From Gemmatimonadales bacterium (GTDB taxonomy: Bacteria; Gemmatimonadota; Gemmatimonadetes; Gemmatimonadales; GWC2-71-9), in contig JANRJE010000008.1 in assembly GCA_033764135.1 (NCBI GenBank), positions 25,395-89,394 of the forward strand: a stretch of 64,000 nucleotides of DNA, written 5' to 3'. Position 1 is the first letter of the stretch, and each line of letters opens with the position of its first letter. Under the pieces are notes generated by a model. The model ran no database searches, was not told the DNA's origin, and saw nothing but the letters and a program-made list of their open reading frames with translations. This document shows positions 19,561-29,499 of this stretch, piece after piece. The position numbers and the translations under genes are program-made.

Positions 19561-21132
19561 ATGCGAATGTCGTCGTTGCGTGCGGTCGCGTTGTCCACCC
19601 TCCTTTTGTTCCCGGCGCTGCTCCATGCCCAGGAGCGAGTGGATGTGGCCACGATCGAACGGATCAAGGCCGAGGCGACCGAGCGATCCCAGGTAATGGA
19701 GATCATGAGCTGGCTGACCGACGTGCATGGTCCGCGGCTGACCGGTTCGCCGATTGCCCGTGCTGCCGGCGACTGGGCCGTGGAATCGCTTCGCAAATGG
19801 GGGGTCCGCAATGTCCGTCTCGAGGAGTGGGGGCCGTTCGGGCGTGGCTGGGTCACCACCCGCTTCTCGGCGATGATGACCACCCCGCATCCGTTCCAGC
19901 TCATCGCCTATCCGGCGGCCTGGTCACGCGGCACCTCCGGGGTGCAGTCCGGGGAGGTGGTGCGAGTGACACTCACCACTCCCGACGAGATCGAGGCGGC
20001 GCGCGGCACCCTTCACGGCAAGTGGGTGATGATGGATCCGGTGCCCAATATCGTGGCCTACTGGCAGCCATTGGCAACCAGATTCACGGACGACGCCCTC
20101 GCGGGGATGGCCGCAGTGCAGCCGCCGACCCTGGCGCAGCAGCAGCAACAGGCGCCGGGGGGAAGGAGGCCGGGCGGGCCAACCGGCCCCAACATGAACG
20201 AGCTGCGTCGGCAGTTCTTCGTCGATGAGGGAGTCCTCGGTGTGTTCGTCGCCAGTACCCGTGACGGCGGCACCCTTCGCGCCGCGGCCACCCAATCACG
20301 CGCGGCCGACGCACCGGAGGCGGTCCCGACGATCATCGTTTCGGGCGAGCACTACGGCAGGATGTCCCGGCTGATCGAGAAGCAGGTGCCGGTCACCGTG
20401 GAGCTCAACGCCGAAGTGGCCTTCTCCGACGGACTCAATTCGTTCAACATCATCGGCGAGATTCCGGGGAGCGACCCGGCTCTCAAGGACGAGATCGTGA
20501 TGATCGGCGCGCACTTCGATTCCTGGCACATGGGCACCGGTGCCACCGACAATGGCGCCGGATCGGCCACCATGCTCGAGGCAATGCGGATTCTGACCGC
20601 ACTCGATCTCAAGCCGAGGCGCACCATCATGATCGGGTTGTGGACCGGGGAGGAGCAGGGGCTGCTGGGATCGCGCGACTTCGTGAACAGGCACGTGGCG
20701 AGCCGCGACGCCGCCGGCATCACTCCAAAGCCGTTGCACGACAAGCTCACCGCCTATTTCAACGTCGACAATGGGGGGGGGAAGATCCGCGGCGTCTTCC
20801 AGCAGTCCAACCCCGCGGTGGCGCCGATCTTCGACGCTTGGATGGAGCCCTTCAAGGAGGGCGGGATGAAGACCCTCACGATCACCAATACTGGTGGCAC
20901 CGATCACCTCGCCTTTGATGGCGTCGGGGTCCCGGGGTTCCAGTTCATTCAGGATCCGATCGAATACGGCACCCGCACCCACCACACCAACATGGACGTT
21001 TACGAGCGGATTCAGCCCGACGACATGAAGTGGAACTCGGCGGTGCTGGCGGCGTTTGCCTGGCAGGCGGCGCAGCGCGACGAGAAGCTGCCGCGGAAGC
21101 CGATGCCGGCGGCGCCGACGACCAGGCCATAG
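19561..21132 (+). CDS. Secreted M28 family metallopeptidase (carboxypeptidase Q-like)
   Basis: Signal peptide; GPRLTGS, GAHFDSW, GATDNGAG, GEEQGLLGS, GGTDH, HHTNMD. Confidence 0.9.
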   Translation: MRMSSLRAVALSTLLLFPALLHAQERVDVATIERIKAEATERSQVMEIMSWLTDVHGPRLTGSPIARAAGDWAVESLRKWGVRNVRLEEWGPFGRGWVTTRFSAMMTTPHPFQLIAYPAAWSRGTSGVQSGEVVRVTLTTPDEIEAARGTLHGKWVMMDPVPNIVAYWQPLATRFTDDALAGMAAVQPPTLAQQQQQAPGGRRPGGPTGPNMNELRRQFFVDEGVLGVFVASTRDGGTLRAAATQSRAADAPEAVPTIIVSGEHYGRMSRLIEKQVPVTVELNAEVAFSDGLNSFNIIGEIPGSDPALKDEIVMIGAHFDSWHMGTGATDNGAGSATMLEAMRILTALDLKPRRTIMIGLWTGEEQGLLGSRDFVNRHVASRDAAGITPKPLHDKLTAYFNVDNGGGKIRGVFQQSNPAVAPIFDAWMEPFKEGGMKTLTITNTGGTDHLAFDGVGVPGFQFIQDPIEYGTRTHHTNMDVYERIQPDDMKWNSAVLAAFAWQAAQRDEKLPRKPMPAAPTTRP

Positions 21133-21457
21133 TCGCGGGGCCGCACGTCGCGGCGTGCCGCTACTCTGGAAAGATCAACTTCCGGATGGTGAAGGTCGCG
21201 ATGCCGAGGTCGTCCTCGCTCCGGCTATCACGTCCAGCGGCGCTGAATCAAGGACGGCGCGGCGGGCGCGCTCTGTTGCCCCGGCCGAATGGATCAGGGC
21301 ACGGGGAAGGGCAGTCAGCGGGCCTCGCGGATGGAGGGTGGATCGGGGCCAGGTATGGTGGAGGGTCGCAAGTGGGGACTGATAGTGGGATGTGCAAGCG
21401 GGCCATTGGGTCGCAACATCTTGCGGCTGCGCCTGATGTGCGCCACTATTCGCGCCC

Positions 21458-22924
21458 ATGGCGACTTCCATAAAGCAGGAGCCCAGCCTCGGCCAGGCGC
21501 TCATCCCCGTGTTGTCCCTGATCGGGTTGCTGGCTGCGTCCGTCTTTTTCTACGGCGACGCCTCCTCCTCCGGTCCCAACCAGATCGCCCTGATCCTCGC
21601 TGCCATGGTAGGCGCGCTGGTTGGCTGGCGCAACGGCCACACCTGGAAGGGGCTGCAGGAAGGAATCGTCCACGGCATCTCGCTGGCCACGGGAGCGATT
21701 CTCATCCTCCTCGTGGTCGGGTCACTGATTGGCACCTGGATCCTCTCGGGCACCGTCCCGACCATGATCCACATGGGGCTCGGCGTGCTCGACCCCCGCT
21801 GGTTCTTCCCGGCCGCCGCCGTGCTCTGCGCCATCGTCTCCCTGGCCACTGGCAGCTCGTGGACCACGGCAGGAACGATCGGCGTCGCGTTGATCGGAAT
21901 CGCCACAGTGCAGGGACTCAATCTCGGGATGGCTGCGGGGGCGGTAATCTCGGGAGCATATTTCGGCGACAAGATGTCGCCGCTCTCGGATACCACCAAT
22001 CTCGCTCCCGCGATGGCTGGTACCGACCTGTTCACCCACATCCGCCACATGGTGTGGACCACCACTCCGAGCATCGTGCTGGCGCTGCTCCTCTTCGCGG
22101 TGATGGGGTATTTCCAGGGCGGTGCCTCCGACACCACGGAAGTCGCAGCGATCCAGGCCCAGATTGCCACGCAGTTCAACGTGGGGTGGGTGATGCTTCT
22201 CCCCGCCGTCGCAGTGATCGTCATGGTGATCCGCAAGGTCCCTGCCTTTCCAGCGCTGCTGATGGGAGCTCTGCTGGGCGCCGCATTCGCGGTGGTGTTT
22301 CAACGCGATGCGGTGCTGGCCTTTGTGGGGACAACCGAGCTTCCGGTAGGACTCGCGCTCATCAAGGGCGCCTGGACGGCGCTCTTCGACGGCTACAGTT
22401 CCACCTCGGGTCACGCCGCACTCGATGACCTCCTGAGCCGCGGCGGGATGTCGAGCATGTTGAACACCGTCTGGTTGATTCTGAGCGCCATGACCTTCGG
22501 TGCTGTGATGGAGACCACCGGCATGCTCCAGCGGATCGCGGCCCTGATCCTCGGCTCCGTGCGTGGTCCCGGATCGCTCATCGCCTCGACGCTGGCCACA
22601 GCGTTCGGGATGAACGTCATCGCCTCGGACCAGTACATCGCGATCGTGCTGCCGGGGCGGATGTTCCGGGCCGAATTCACCCGGCGCGGGTTGCACCCCA
22701 AGAACCTCTCGCGCGCCTTGGAGGATGCCGGCACCCTGACCTCGCCACTGGTGCCATGGAATACCTGCGGCGCCTTCATGGCGGGCACCTTGGGAGTGGC
22801 TACGCTGACCTACCTGCCGTATGCCTTCTTCAATCTGATCAATCCGCTGGTATCGCTGGTGTTCGGGTTTACCGGTTTTACCATCGAGCGGTTGCCTGAG
22901 GGGAGTCCCATCCTCGAGGAATAG
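21458..22924 (+). CDS. nhaC: Na+/H+ antiporter NhaC
   Basis: ATGSSWTTAGTIG, GAYFGDKMSPLSDTTNLA, LSRALEDAGT, PWNTCG. Confidence 0.93.
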   Translation: MATSIKQEPSLGQALIPVLSLIGLLAASVFFYGDASSSGPNQIALILAAMVGALVGWRNGHTWKGLQEGIVHGISLATGAILILLVVGSLIGTWILSGTVPTMIHMGLGVLDPRWFFPAAAVLCAIVSLATGSSWTTAGTIGVALIGIATVQGLNLGMAAGAVISGAYFGDKMSPLSDTTNLAPAMAGTDLFTHIRHMVWTTTPSIVLALLLFAVMGYFQGGASDTTEVAAIQAQIATQFNVGWVMLLPAVAVIVMVIRKVPAFPALLMGALLGAAFAVVFQRDAVLAFVGTTELPVGLALIKGAWTALFDGYSSTSGHAALDDLLSRGGMSSMLNTVWLILSAMTFGAVMETTGMLQRIAALILGSVRGPGSLIASTLATAFGMNVIASDQYIAIVLPGRMFRAEFTRRGLHPKNLSRALEDAGTLTSPLVPWNTCGAFMAGTLGVATLTYLPYAFFNLINPLVSLVFGFTGFTIERLPEGSPILEE

Positions 22925-23134
22925 GGGAGCGGCTGTGGCGGGAGGAATCACCTCATTGCTGTGATGGTGTTGCGTTATCTCTACATCGATTGGGGTGAAT
23001 GCGCAGCAACTATCCCGAGCCGACAGGAGTGTGAGAGGAAGCAGGGCTAGTCCGGGGCAGGCTTGTTTCCGTAACAGTTTGTCTGACAATGGGATAGCAA
23101 GCCGAGCTGGTTCGGGTTCCAGTGTTCATGCGAA

Positions 23135-23150
23135 TGGCATACCAGTTGCA
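23135..23150 (+). promoter_or_regulatory. Sigma54 -24/-12 promoter
   Basis: TGGCAT-ACCAG-TTGCA matches TGGCAC-N5-TTGCW; 56 nt upstream of the PEP-CTERM gene. Confidence 0.75.
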
Positions 23151-23206
23151 ATCTGACACGTCCATCGCAGGACCGATTGCCACCCAATTCGCGGAGCGCC
23201 ATCCAG

Positions 23207-23980
23207 ATGAAGCGAGTCAGCATCTCCACCCTCACCATTGCGATGGCGGCGTCACTGTTCGCGGCCCCCTTGATGGCGCAGGATGTCACCTCGATCACGG
23301 CAACCTTCGCCAACCGGACTCCGACCGGCGCCGGAGCGCCGGTCATCGACAACAGCAACGGCGACGGCTCGATCCGGGTCTGCTGGCCCGGTGGGACGAA
23401 TTACTACAATACCAACTGCAACGCACTGCCCAACTCCGACAATGACTCGGGCTACCTATTCAGCGCCGCCGGGGTGCCGATTTCCCCTGTGTCCGGCAGC
23501 CCGTTCGCCCTCGGTACCTTCACGCACTACAACCGGCCGATCGTGGGTACCAGCCTCAACACCGTCGACCTGATGCTTGGCTTCACGATTGCCGGTGCTA
23601 CGCCATCGATGTTCAACGATTCCTGGACGCTGACCCACGAAGAGACCCTGAACTCCGGTACCTGTGCTTACCCCGGCGGAGCGAAGTGTGCCGATCGGGT
23701 GACCTTTGCGCTGACGAGCGGTTCGGCTCCAACTGCATTTGAATTCAATGGCCTGCTGTACCAGCTGACCTTGCTGGGCTTCGGTGATACTGCCCAGGAG
23801 GCCGCTTTGGATCCGTCGTTCATCACCAAGGAGAACTACATCAACACCACCACTTTGTGGGCCCAGATTGAGCGGGCGGATGATCCCACCGAGGTGGTGC
23901 CGGAGCCGGCTAGCATGACTCTGCTGGCCACCGGATTGGTGGGGATGGCCGCGGCGCGGCGGCGGCGCCGGGGCAGCTGA
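23207..23980 (+). CDS. PEP-CTERM sorting domain surface protein (THxN / choice-of-anchor K-like)
   Basis: Signal peptide; LGTFTHYNRPI motif; C-terminal VPEPASMTLLATGLVGMAAARRRRR. Confidence 0.9.
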   Translation: MKRVSISTLTIAMAASLFAAPLMAQDVTSITATFANRTPTGAGAPVIDNSNGDGSIRVCWPGGTNYYNTNCNALPNSDNDSGYLFSAAGVPISPVSGSPFALGTFTHYNRPIVGTSLNTVDLMLGFTIAGATPSMFNDSWTLTHEETLNSGTCAYPGGAKCADRVTFALTSGSAPTAFEFNGLLYQLTLLGFGDTAQEAALDPSFITKENYINTTTLWAQIERADDPTEVVPEPASMTLLATGLVGMAAARRRRRGS

Positions 23981-24010
23981 CCTCGCCTTGGTGAATCTTC
24001 TGGTGTCACG

Positions 24011-24038
24011 ACAGCCCGGCCATTGGTCGGGCTGTTTT
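24011..24038 (+). terminator. Intrinsic terminator
   Basis: ACAGCCCGGCC-ATT-GGTCGGGCTGT-TTT. Confidence 0.7.
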
Positions 24039-24074
24039 GGTATTCAAGGTCCGGGCGGCTGCTCCCCCCATCGC

Positions 24075-24707
24075 TCAGAGCGACTCGTAGGCGCAGCCGC
24101 GTTCCTGCACCAATCCGATCAGCATCGTGTGCGCCGGTACCAAAATCACTCCCGGATTCAGATGGGCGCGCAAGTCAGCGTAGACCGCATCGGTCGAGCC
24201 GTCGATTGCCCGGGCAATCCGTCCCGAAATTCCCCGCAGGGCGTTGTTGCACTGCCAGAACTTGACCCCCCTTGCCTGGAGGGGGCGGACCTTGGCTCCT
24301 CCATCGGCCCGATCCTCTCCCAGAAACGGGTTGCGGGTAGCGGGCTGATCGGTGGCGGGATCGGTGACTTCCCACAATTTGCCGATCGGGTATTTGGCGT
24401 ACAATTCGTCACTGGCATTGATCGGGAAGGCACTCCCGCCGATCCCCACTATCGCGTACACCTCGGGGAACCGCAGCTGATAGACGGTCTCGTGAGCGTC
24501 GAGCCAGTTCTTCACCACATGCAGCACGTACATGTCGCCGAAGTCGAACACCTGGCGGTGCTTCCCCTTGATCTCCTTGAGCCAAGACATGTCCCATTCG
24601 CTGCTGCTCGGCGCAGCAAGCGCATCATCGACGTCGAGCGTGGCCAGACCGGCCAATGCCGCAAGGGTGCCCATGAAACCGCGTCGGCTGGAAGGAAGGT
24701 ACGGCAT
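24075..24707 (-). CDS. Tat-exported DsrE-like hypothetical protein
   Basis: SRRGFMG twin-arginine signal; GKHRQVFD; FWQCNNAL; QERGCAY C-terminus. Confidence 0.7.
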   Translation of the reverse strand: MPYLPSSRRGFMGTLAALAGLATLDVDDALAAPSSSEWDMSWLKEIKGKHRQVFDFGDMYVLHVVKNWLDAHETVYQLRFPEVYAIVGIGGSAFPINASDELYAKYPIGKLWEVTDPATDQPATRNPFLGEDRADGGAKVRPLQARGVKFWQCNNALRGISGRIARAIDGSTDAVYADLRAHLNPGVILVPAHTMLIGLVQERGCAYESL

Positions 24708-24866
24708 GGCTGATCCTCGTGGTGGAGAACTGGGTGGCTGGCAGCAGCACTCGCACGGTGTCGAGCGGCCTGCCTTTATGACGGTAGAGGATGATAGTGC
24801 TGCGGACCAGCGCATGCCACCTGGACTTGCCACCATCGATTCACGCCGAATCAGTCCGGGGCGCCG

Positions 24867-25049
24867 TCAGGCAAAGAGCATGACGCACGATCCCAGCAAT
24901 CCCACGAAGACGATCAGCAGGAACCAGAGATACCCCTTGAAGAGGCGCTTGGTGAAGCTTCCCCGGATTTCGCGGCCGCACTTCGGGCAGGCGTCGGCCT
25001 TGGCCGAGATCTGCTCACCACAATCGGGACACGCAATCAGCTTGCTCAT
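24867..25049 (-). CDS. Small zinc-ribbon membrane protein
   Basis: CPDCGEQIS..A..CPKCG followed by a TM helix; GGAG RBS. Confidence 0.75.
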   Translation of the reverse strand: MSKLIACPDCGEQISAKADACPKCGREIRGSFTKRLFKGYLWFLLIVFVGLLGSCVMLFA

Positions 25050-25259
25050 CTGTCGGCTCCATCACGCGAGTGAGAGAAGGGATTGGATCGGCAGCCTGAT
25101 TCGTCACCGATCGATCGATGTACCTGCATTGCGCATGAACCGCTGTCACCCGGTCATGCAAAGGAGAGCTACCCCTCCGATTTCGGCCGTCCTCTGCCTA
25201 GATTCCATCTGATCGACTTGCCGGATGCGACCACAGGACCATTCACTGGAGCAGAACCG

Positions 25260-26009
25260 ATGTTCATCACCCTGCTGGCAACCCTGGCCCTGGTGCAGGC
25301 ACCCCTGCCAACCCCGAGTGCGGCTGCCGACACGACCGTCTACCGCACCCTCTTCCTGCGGGCGGCACCCGGCGACTTGCTGGAGCTGGTCGAGCTCTAT
25401 CGCGGCAGGATGCCGTTGTATCGTGCGGCCGGAGAACCGGAGCCGATCCTGGCGCGCCACAGCCAGGGGGATCATTGGGACCTGCTGCTCATCGAGCCGG
25501 TCGGCTCGCTCAGCGCCTACCACGCACCGGAGCGCGCCGCTCGCTGGCGCCGGGCCGAGGCGACCCTCGGGTACGATGCGGCGGCGTTCGAAGCGGCGCG
25601 GGATCGGCTGGAGGCATGGCGCGAGGAATTGTTCGTTGCCGGGCCTCATGTGGCCGAATTCAGTGCTCGGCAGCGGGACACCGGCTTCTACCATCTGGAG
25701 GTCTTCCTGGCGCTCGCCGGTGAGCGGGACGCGCTGCTCCGGCAACGGCAGATGGAGAACGATTACCTCGGTCGCGTCGGTCGGCCCGACAACCTGATCT
25801 TCACTCGTGTCGGCGGTGCCGCGTGGGATCTGTTCACCCTGGGTTTCTACCGCAACCTGCAGGACTTTGCCACTCCGGCCAATGTCAGTGATGCGGAGGA
25901 TGATGCCGCTGCCATGGCAGCCGGCTTCGAGGGAAGTCACACCATCGGGAGCTACCTGCGCACCTTTCTGCAGCGTCATCACGACACGCTGTTGAACCGG
26001 GTACGGTAG
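25260..26009 (+). CDS. Exported hypothetical protein, two NIPSNAP-like halves
   Basis: Hydrophobic N-terminus; two similar halves each with A..G...L and G..WDL motifs; GGAG RBS. Confidence 0.65.
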   Translation: MFITLLATLALVQAPLPTPSAAADTTVYRTLFLRAAPGDLLELVELYRGRMPLYRAAGEPEPILARHSQGDHWDLLLIEPVGSLSAYHAPERAARWRRAEATLGYDAAAFEAARDRLEAWREELFVAGPHVAEFSARQRDTGFYHLEVFLALAGERDALLRQRQMENDYLGRVGRPDNLIFTRVGGAAWDLFTLGFYRNLQDFATPANVSDAEDDAAAMAAGFEGSHTIGSYLRTFLQRHHDTLLNRVR

Positions 26010-26020
26010 CACCGTTCGCG

Positions 26021-27145
26021 ATGCCCCCCCCTCCGACCCTCGCCGCGCTGCGCCGGCGGCTCGACGAGATCGATGACCAGCTCCTTGAACTGATCGCCGA
26101 GCGGCAGATTGCCAGTGGCGAGATCGCCCGCGTCAAGCGAGCTACCGGATTGGCCACCCGCGACTATTCCCGGGAGCGCGAGGTGCTGCTGGCCGCGCGG
26201 GAACGCGCTCGGGCCACTGGCGTCTCGCCGGTGCTCGCCGAACAACTGATGCGGTTGTTGATTCGCTCCTCGCTCACCACCCAGGAGCAGTCGACCGTGG
26301 CAGCATCAGGCACCGGCACCGGTCGCCGTGCCTTGGTGATTGGCGGGGCCGGCCGAATGGGCCGCTGGTTCGTTGATTTCCTGCTCTCCCAGGGCTTCAG
26401 CGTGGACGTCTCGGACCCGGCAGGCGCCCCGGCCGGGACAGCGAACGTCGGTGATTTCCGCACTCTGGATATCTCTCACGATTTCATCGTCGTCGCGGCT
26501 CCGCTCGGCTTTGCCGACGGGGTACTGCGTGATCTGGCTGGCCGCCCGCCTGCAGGAGTGGTGTTCGACATCGGCTCGCTCAAGTCGCCGCTCCGGCAGA
26601 GCTTGCTGGCCCTCAGGGATGCCGGCGGCCGGGTCGCCTCGATCCATCCGATGTTCGGCCCCGACACCGAGCTGTTGTCTGGCAGGCATGTGATCTTTGT
26701 CGATCTGGGTCAAGCGGAGTCGATGTCGGCGGTCAGGGAACTGTTCGCGCCCACCATGGCGGAGCAGGTCGTCATGGGGCTCGAGGAACACGACCGGTTG
26801 ATCGCCTATGTCCTCGGCCTCTCCCACGCAGTCAACATCGCCTTCGCCTCCGCGCTGGCCGACAGCGGCGAGGACGCGCCCCGTCTGGCACGACTTTCCA
26901 GCACCACTTTCGATGCCCAGCTCGAGGTCGCATCCAGGGTAGCGGAGGAGTCGCCGGAGCTCTACTTCGAGATCCAGCGGCTCAATGACTTCGGAGTTGA
27001 ATCGCTCGATGCCCTGAGTCGTGCGGTGGAGGAGCTCCGCCGCTCGGTGATCGGGGGGGACCAATCGGCCTTTGCCGCGATGATGCGCCGAGGCCGGGAC
27101 TACTTCAGCGACCGGCGCGCGGGTGCAGCCGGGCAGGGGGCATGA
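26021..27145 (+). CDS. tyrA: Bifunctional chorismate mutase / prephenate dehydrogenase
   Basis: AroQ domain LRRRLDEID...RE; IGGAGRMG; DIGSLK; HPMFGP; [14 protein letters not shown]. Confidence 0.9.
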   Translation: MPPPPTLAALRRRLDEIDDQLLELIAERQIASGEIARVKRATGLATRDYSREREVLLAARERARATGVSPVLAEQLMRLLIRSSLTTQEQSTVAASGTGTGRRALVIGGAGRMGRWFVDFLLSQGFSVDVSDPAGAPAGTANVGDFRTLDISHDFIVVAAPLGFADGVLRDLAGRPPAGVVFDIGSLKSPLRQSLLALRDAGGRVASIHPMFGPDTELLSGRHVIFVDLGQAESMSAVRELFAPTMAEQVVMGLEEHDRLIAYVLGLSHAVNIAFASALADSGEDAPRLARLSSTTFDAQLEVASRVAEESPELYFEIQRLNDFGVESLDALSRAVEELRRSVIGGDQSAFAAMMRRGRDYFSDRRAGAAGQGA

Positions 27146-27152
27146 CCGCCAG

Positions 27153-27608
27153 ATGATTCTCTCCCGAAGCAGTACCTACGGGTTGCAGGCGATGATCTAC
27201 CTCGCCTCCAAGGAGGGCGAGGACCCGATCATGAACACCGATATCGCCAGCTTCCTCGGCGTCCCCGCGCCCTACCTGACCAAGCTGATGAAACTCTACG
27301 TTCGGCAGGGGATGGCCGGATCCCGGCGGGGCCGGGGCGGCGGCTACTGGATCACGCCGCTGGGCCTGGGTGCCTCGATCCGGCAACTGGTCGAGGTGAT
27401 CGACGGGGACCAGGCCTTCGAGAGCTGTCTGCTCGGACTCAAGCGCTGCGAGGATGCCACCGCCTGCCCGGTCCACTTCCAATGGTCGCCGGTCAAGGCC
27501 CGCATGCTCCAACTGCTCGAGACCACCGACCTAGCCCAGATGGCCGAGCAGGTTAGGAGCGGGAAGTATCGTCTGGTCTCGCCTGCCCGGGGTCGTCGGG
27601 GAGGGTAA
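27153..27608 (+). CDS. Rrf2 family transcriptional regulator (3-Cys, probably Fe-S binding)
   Basis: YGLQAMIYLA, YLTKLM, SRRGRGGGY, CLLGLKRCEDATACPVH. Confidence 0.9.
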   Translation: MILSRSSTYGLQAMIYLASKEGEDPIMNTDIASFLGVPAPYLTKLMKLYVRQGMAGSRRGRGGGYWITPLGLGASIRQLVEVIDGDQAFESCLLGLKRCEDATACPVHFQWSPVKARMLQLLETTDLAQMAEQVRSGKYRLVSPARGRRGG

Positions 27609-27740
27609 GCCGCTCGGAGCATCTTCTCCCCGATTGCCCGGCAAGGCGGGATACTGTGGCGCACTGGTATTAGACCACTAGACCTGTTTATCTTTATAGT
27701 TCATTGAGACACCTTACCACCCTCGCAAGGAGGATGTGAC

Positions 27741-28337
27741 ATGCGAATCGTCGTTCTGGGAGTGCTCCTCGCAGCCGTAGTGGGAACCACCGCCGCCTCC
27801 GCGCAAGTGGAGAATCCGTGGCTGATCCGCGCTCGCGGAATCGCCATCATTCCCGATGCCTCGTCCTCGCCGCGCGGGTTGGATGTCGATGCGGACGGTA
27901 CCGTGGAGCTGGATATCACCCGTTTCCTGACCCGCAACATCGCCGTGGAGCTGGTGCTGGCCACCGCCGGTCACGAAGTGAAAATGCGCGACACCGATGG
28001 CGAGACCAGTCTCGGCTCCGTCAACGTGCTGCCGCCGACTCTCGTGTTGCAGTACCATCTGCTGCCCGAGGGGAAGTTCCGTCCGTACATCGGCGCCGGT
28101 GGCAACCTCACCGTTTTCTACACCAAGACCGGTGATCTGGACGCGCTGGACCTGGACGAGTCGTTCAGCTGGGCCGCCCAGGCGGGCTTCGACATCCCGA
28201 TCTCGAAGCGGGCCGTTTTCAACGTTGATGCCAAGTACATCGACATGAACACGTCGGTCAAGAGCGGCGGGACCAAGGTGTTCGATCTTGACATCAACCC
28301 GATCGTCGTCGGGGTCGGGATCGGCTACCGGTTCTGA
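27741..28337 (+). CDS. OmpW family outer membrane protein
   Basis: Signal peptide; NIAVELVL, LPPTLVLQYH, RPYIGAG, C-terminal GIGYRF; AAGGAGG RBS. Confidence 0.92.
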   Translation: MRIVVLGVLLAAVVGTTAASAQVENPWLIRARGIAIIPDASSSPRGLDVDADGTVELDITRFLTRNIAVELVLATAGHEVKMRDTDGETSLGSVNVLPPTLVLQYHLLPEGKFRPYIGAGGNLTVFYTKTGDLDALDLDESFSWAAQAGFDIPISKRAVFNVDAKYIDMNTSVKSGGTKVFDLDINPIVVGVGIGYRF

Positions 28338-28349
28338 ACAAGTCCTGAT

Positions 28350-28379
28350 GACCCGGGGCGGTGCCTCCCGCCCCGGGTC
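28350..28379. terminator. Hairpin between convergent genes
   Basis: GACCCGGGGCGG-TGCCTC-CCGCCCCGGGTC perfect 12-bp stem. Confidence 0.7.
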
Positions 28380-28388
28380 TCCCCGGCG

Positions 28389-29483
28389 TCAGGGCTTCCG
28401 GCCGCGGAGGGCATCCAACAGCCCTTTCGCGGCCTTGGCCGGTCCCGGACCGGCGATCGTAATATCCCGGAAGCCAAGCGTGAACTCCTGTTGGGTGCGA
28501 ATCTGGTTTCGGGGCAGAATCTCCAGTTGCTCCACTGCGAAATCGACCGTATAGCTGGTCCCCAGCACCGCTTTCCCGGGCCGGAAGATCATCTGGAAAG
28601 TCGCCTCGCGTGACTCTCCCGGGCGCAGCCGGAAGGAGGGATCCGCCCGATTGGACCGGGATACCCCGATCCCCTTGGGAAAATTCGCTGTCGCCTGGTA
28701 GCGATTGCCCTGGTCATCTTGCGCCACCGCACTCCCCGCCGCATAGGCCAACACTACCGGCTCGGCGGAGAGATTCCGGAAGCGGACTGTGAAATTCAGA
28801 TAGTGATGGTACGCGGCCTTGCTGTCGGTGAACGAGGTGATTTCGGCCATGAACGGACCGGTGGCGTAGCAGCGCTGCTTGTCGCCGCAAGGGTCGATCG
28901 GAATCCCGGCCAGGTGATCGCTCGTCGGCACGACCGCGGCCACCGGTTCCGCCGCCACGGGCGCGAGTTCGCCGAGGTTCCGGTACTGAAGGGAATGCTC
29001 GCGACCCAGCCGGAACTGATTGCCGGGGAGCGGGTCGATCTCCCGGAGCGCCAATTCCAGTGCGAACTGGGTACCGATGATCTGGTTGCCGGGCCGGAAG
29101 GAGAGTTCCAGCCGGGCATCGGCGCTCTCGCCCGGGCGTAGCGTGAACTTGCTGTCGAACGAATTGCCGCGCACTTCGCCGAGCCCGCGCAAGCTCCCTT
29201 GCGACATCTCGTAGCGGTTCCCCTGGTCATCAGTCGCCAGGGCCGAGCCGGCAACATAGCCCAGGATGAGCGGACGATTCTGGGTATTGGTGATCCTGAG
29301 CGTGACGCTGAGAATCCGGTAGTAGCTCACCGTGCTCTCCCGGAAATCGGTCAGCGTCGCGGCGAAGGTGCTGGTGCTGTAGCACCGGGGAATACCGGCG
29401 CATGGGTCGGTGGTCTGACCGGTCAACGACCAGGGCAGTGCCAGCGTCAAGAGCGCAGCGGGGAAGAGCATTCGGGTTCGCAT
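28389..29483 (-). CDS. Exported protein with two tandem homologous beta-sandwich-like domains
   Basis: Signal peptide; motif DPCxxxxRCY...AGSA.A.DDQGNRY...LRPGES...FRPG...LP.NQ.R occurs twice. Confidence 0.8.
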   Translation of the reverse strand: MRTRMLFPAALLTLALPWSLTGQTTDPCAGIPRCYSTSTFAATLTDFRESTVSYYRILSVTLRITNTQNRPLILGYVAGSALATDDQGNRYEMSQGSLRGLGEVRGNSFDSKFTLRPGESADARLELSFRPGNQIIGTQFALELALREIDPLPGNQFRLGREHSLQYRNLGELAPVAAEPVAAVVPTSDHLAGIPIDPCGDKQRCYATGPFMAEITSFTDSKAAYHHYLNFTVRFRNLSAEPVVLAYAAGSAVAQDDQGNRYQATANFPKGIGVSRSNRADPSFRLRPGESREATFQMIFRPGKAVLGTSYTVDFAVEQLEILPRNQIRTQQEFTLGFRDITIAGPGPAKAAKGLLDALRGRKP

Positions 29484-29499
29484 GGTGATTTGTCTCCAA

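Noticed and set aside
21133-21457. 325-bp intergenic region upstream of nhaC as a riboswitch
   Set aside because: No lysine, SAM, glycine or other conserved aptamer signature recognised; only a generic hairpin after the peptidase stop
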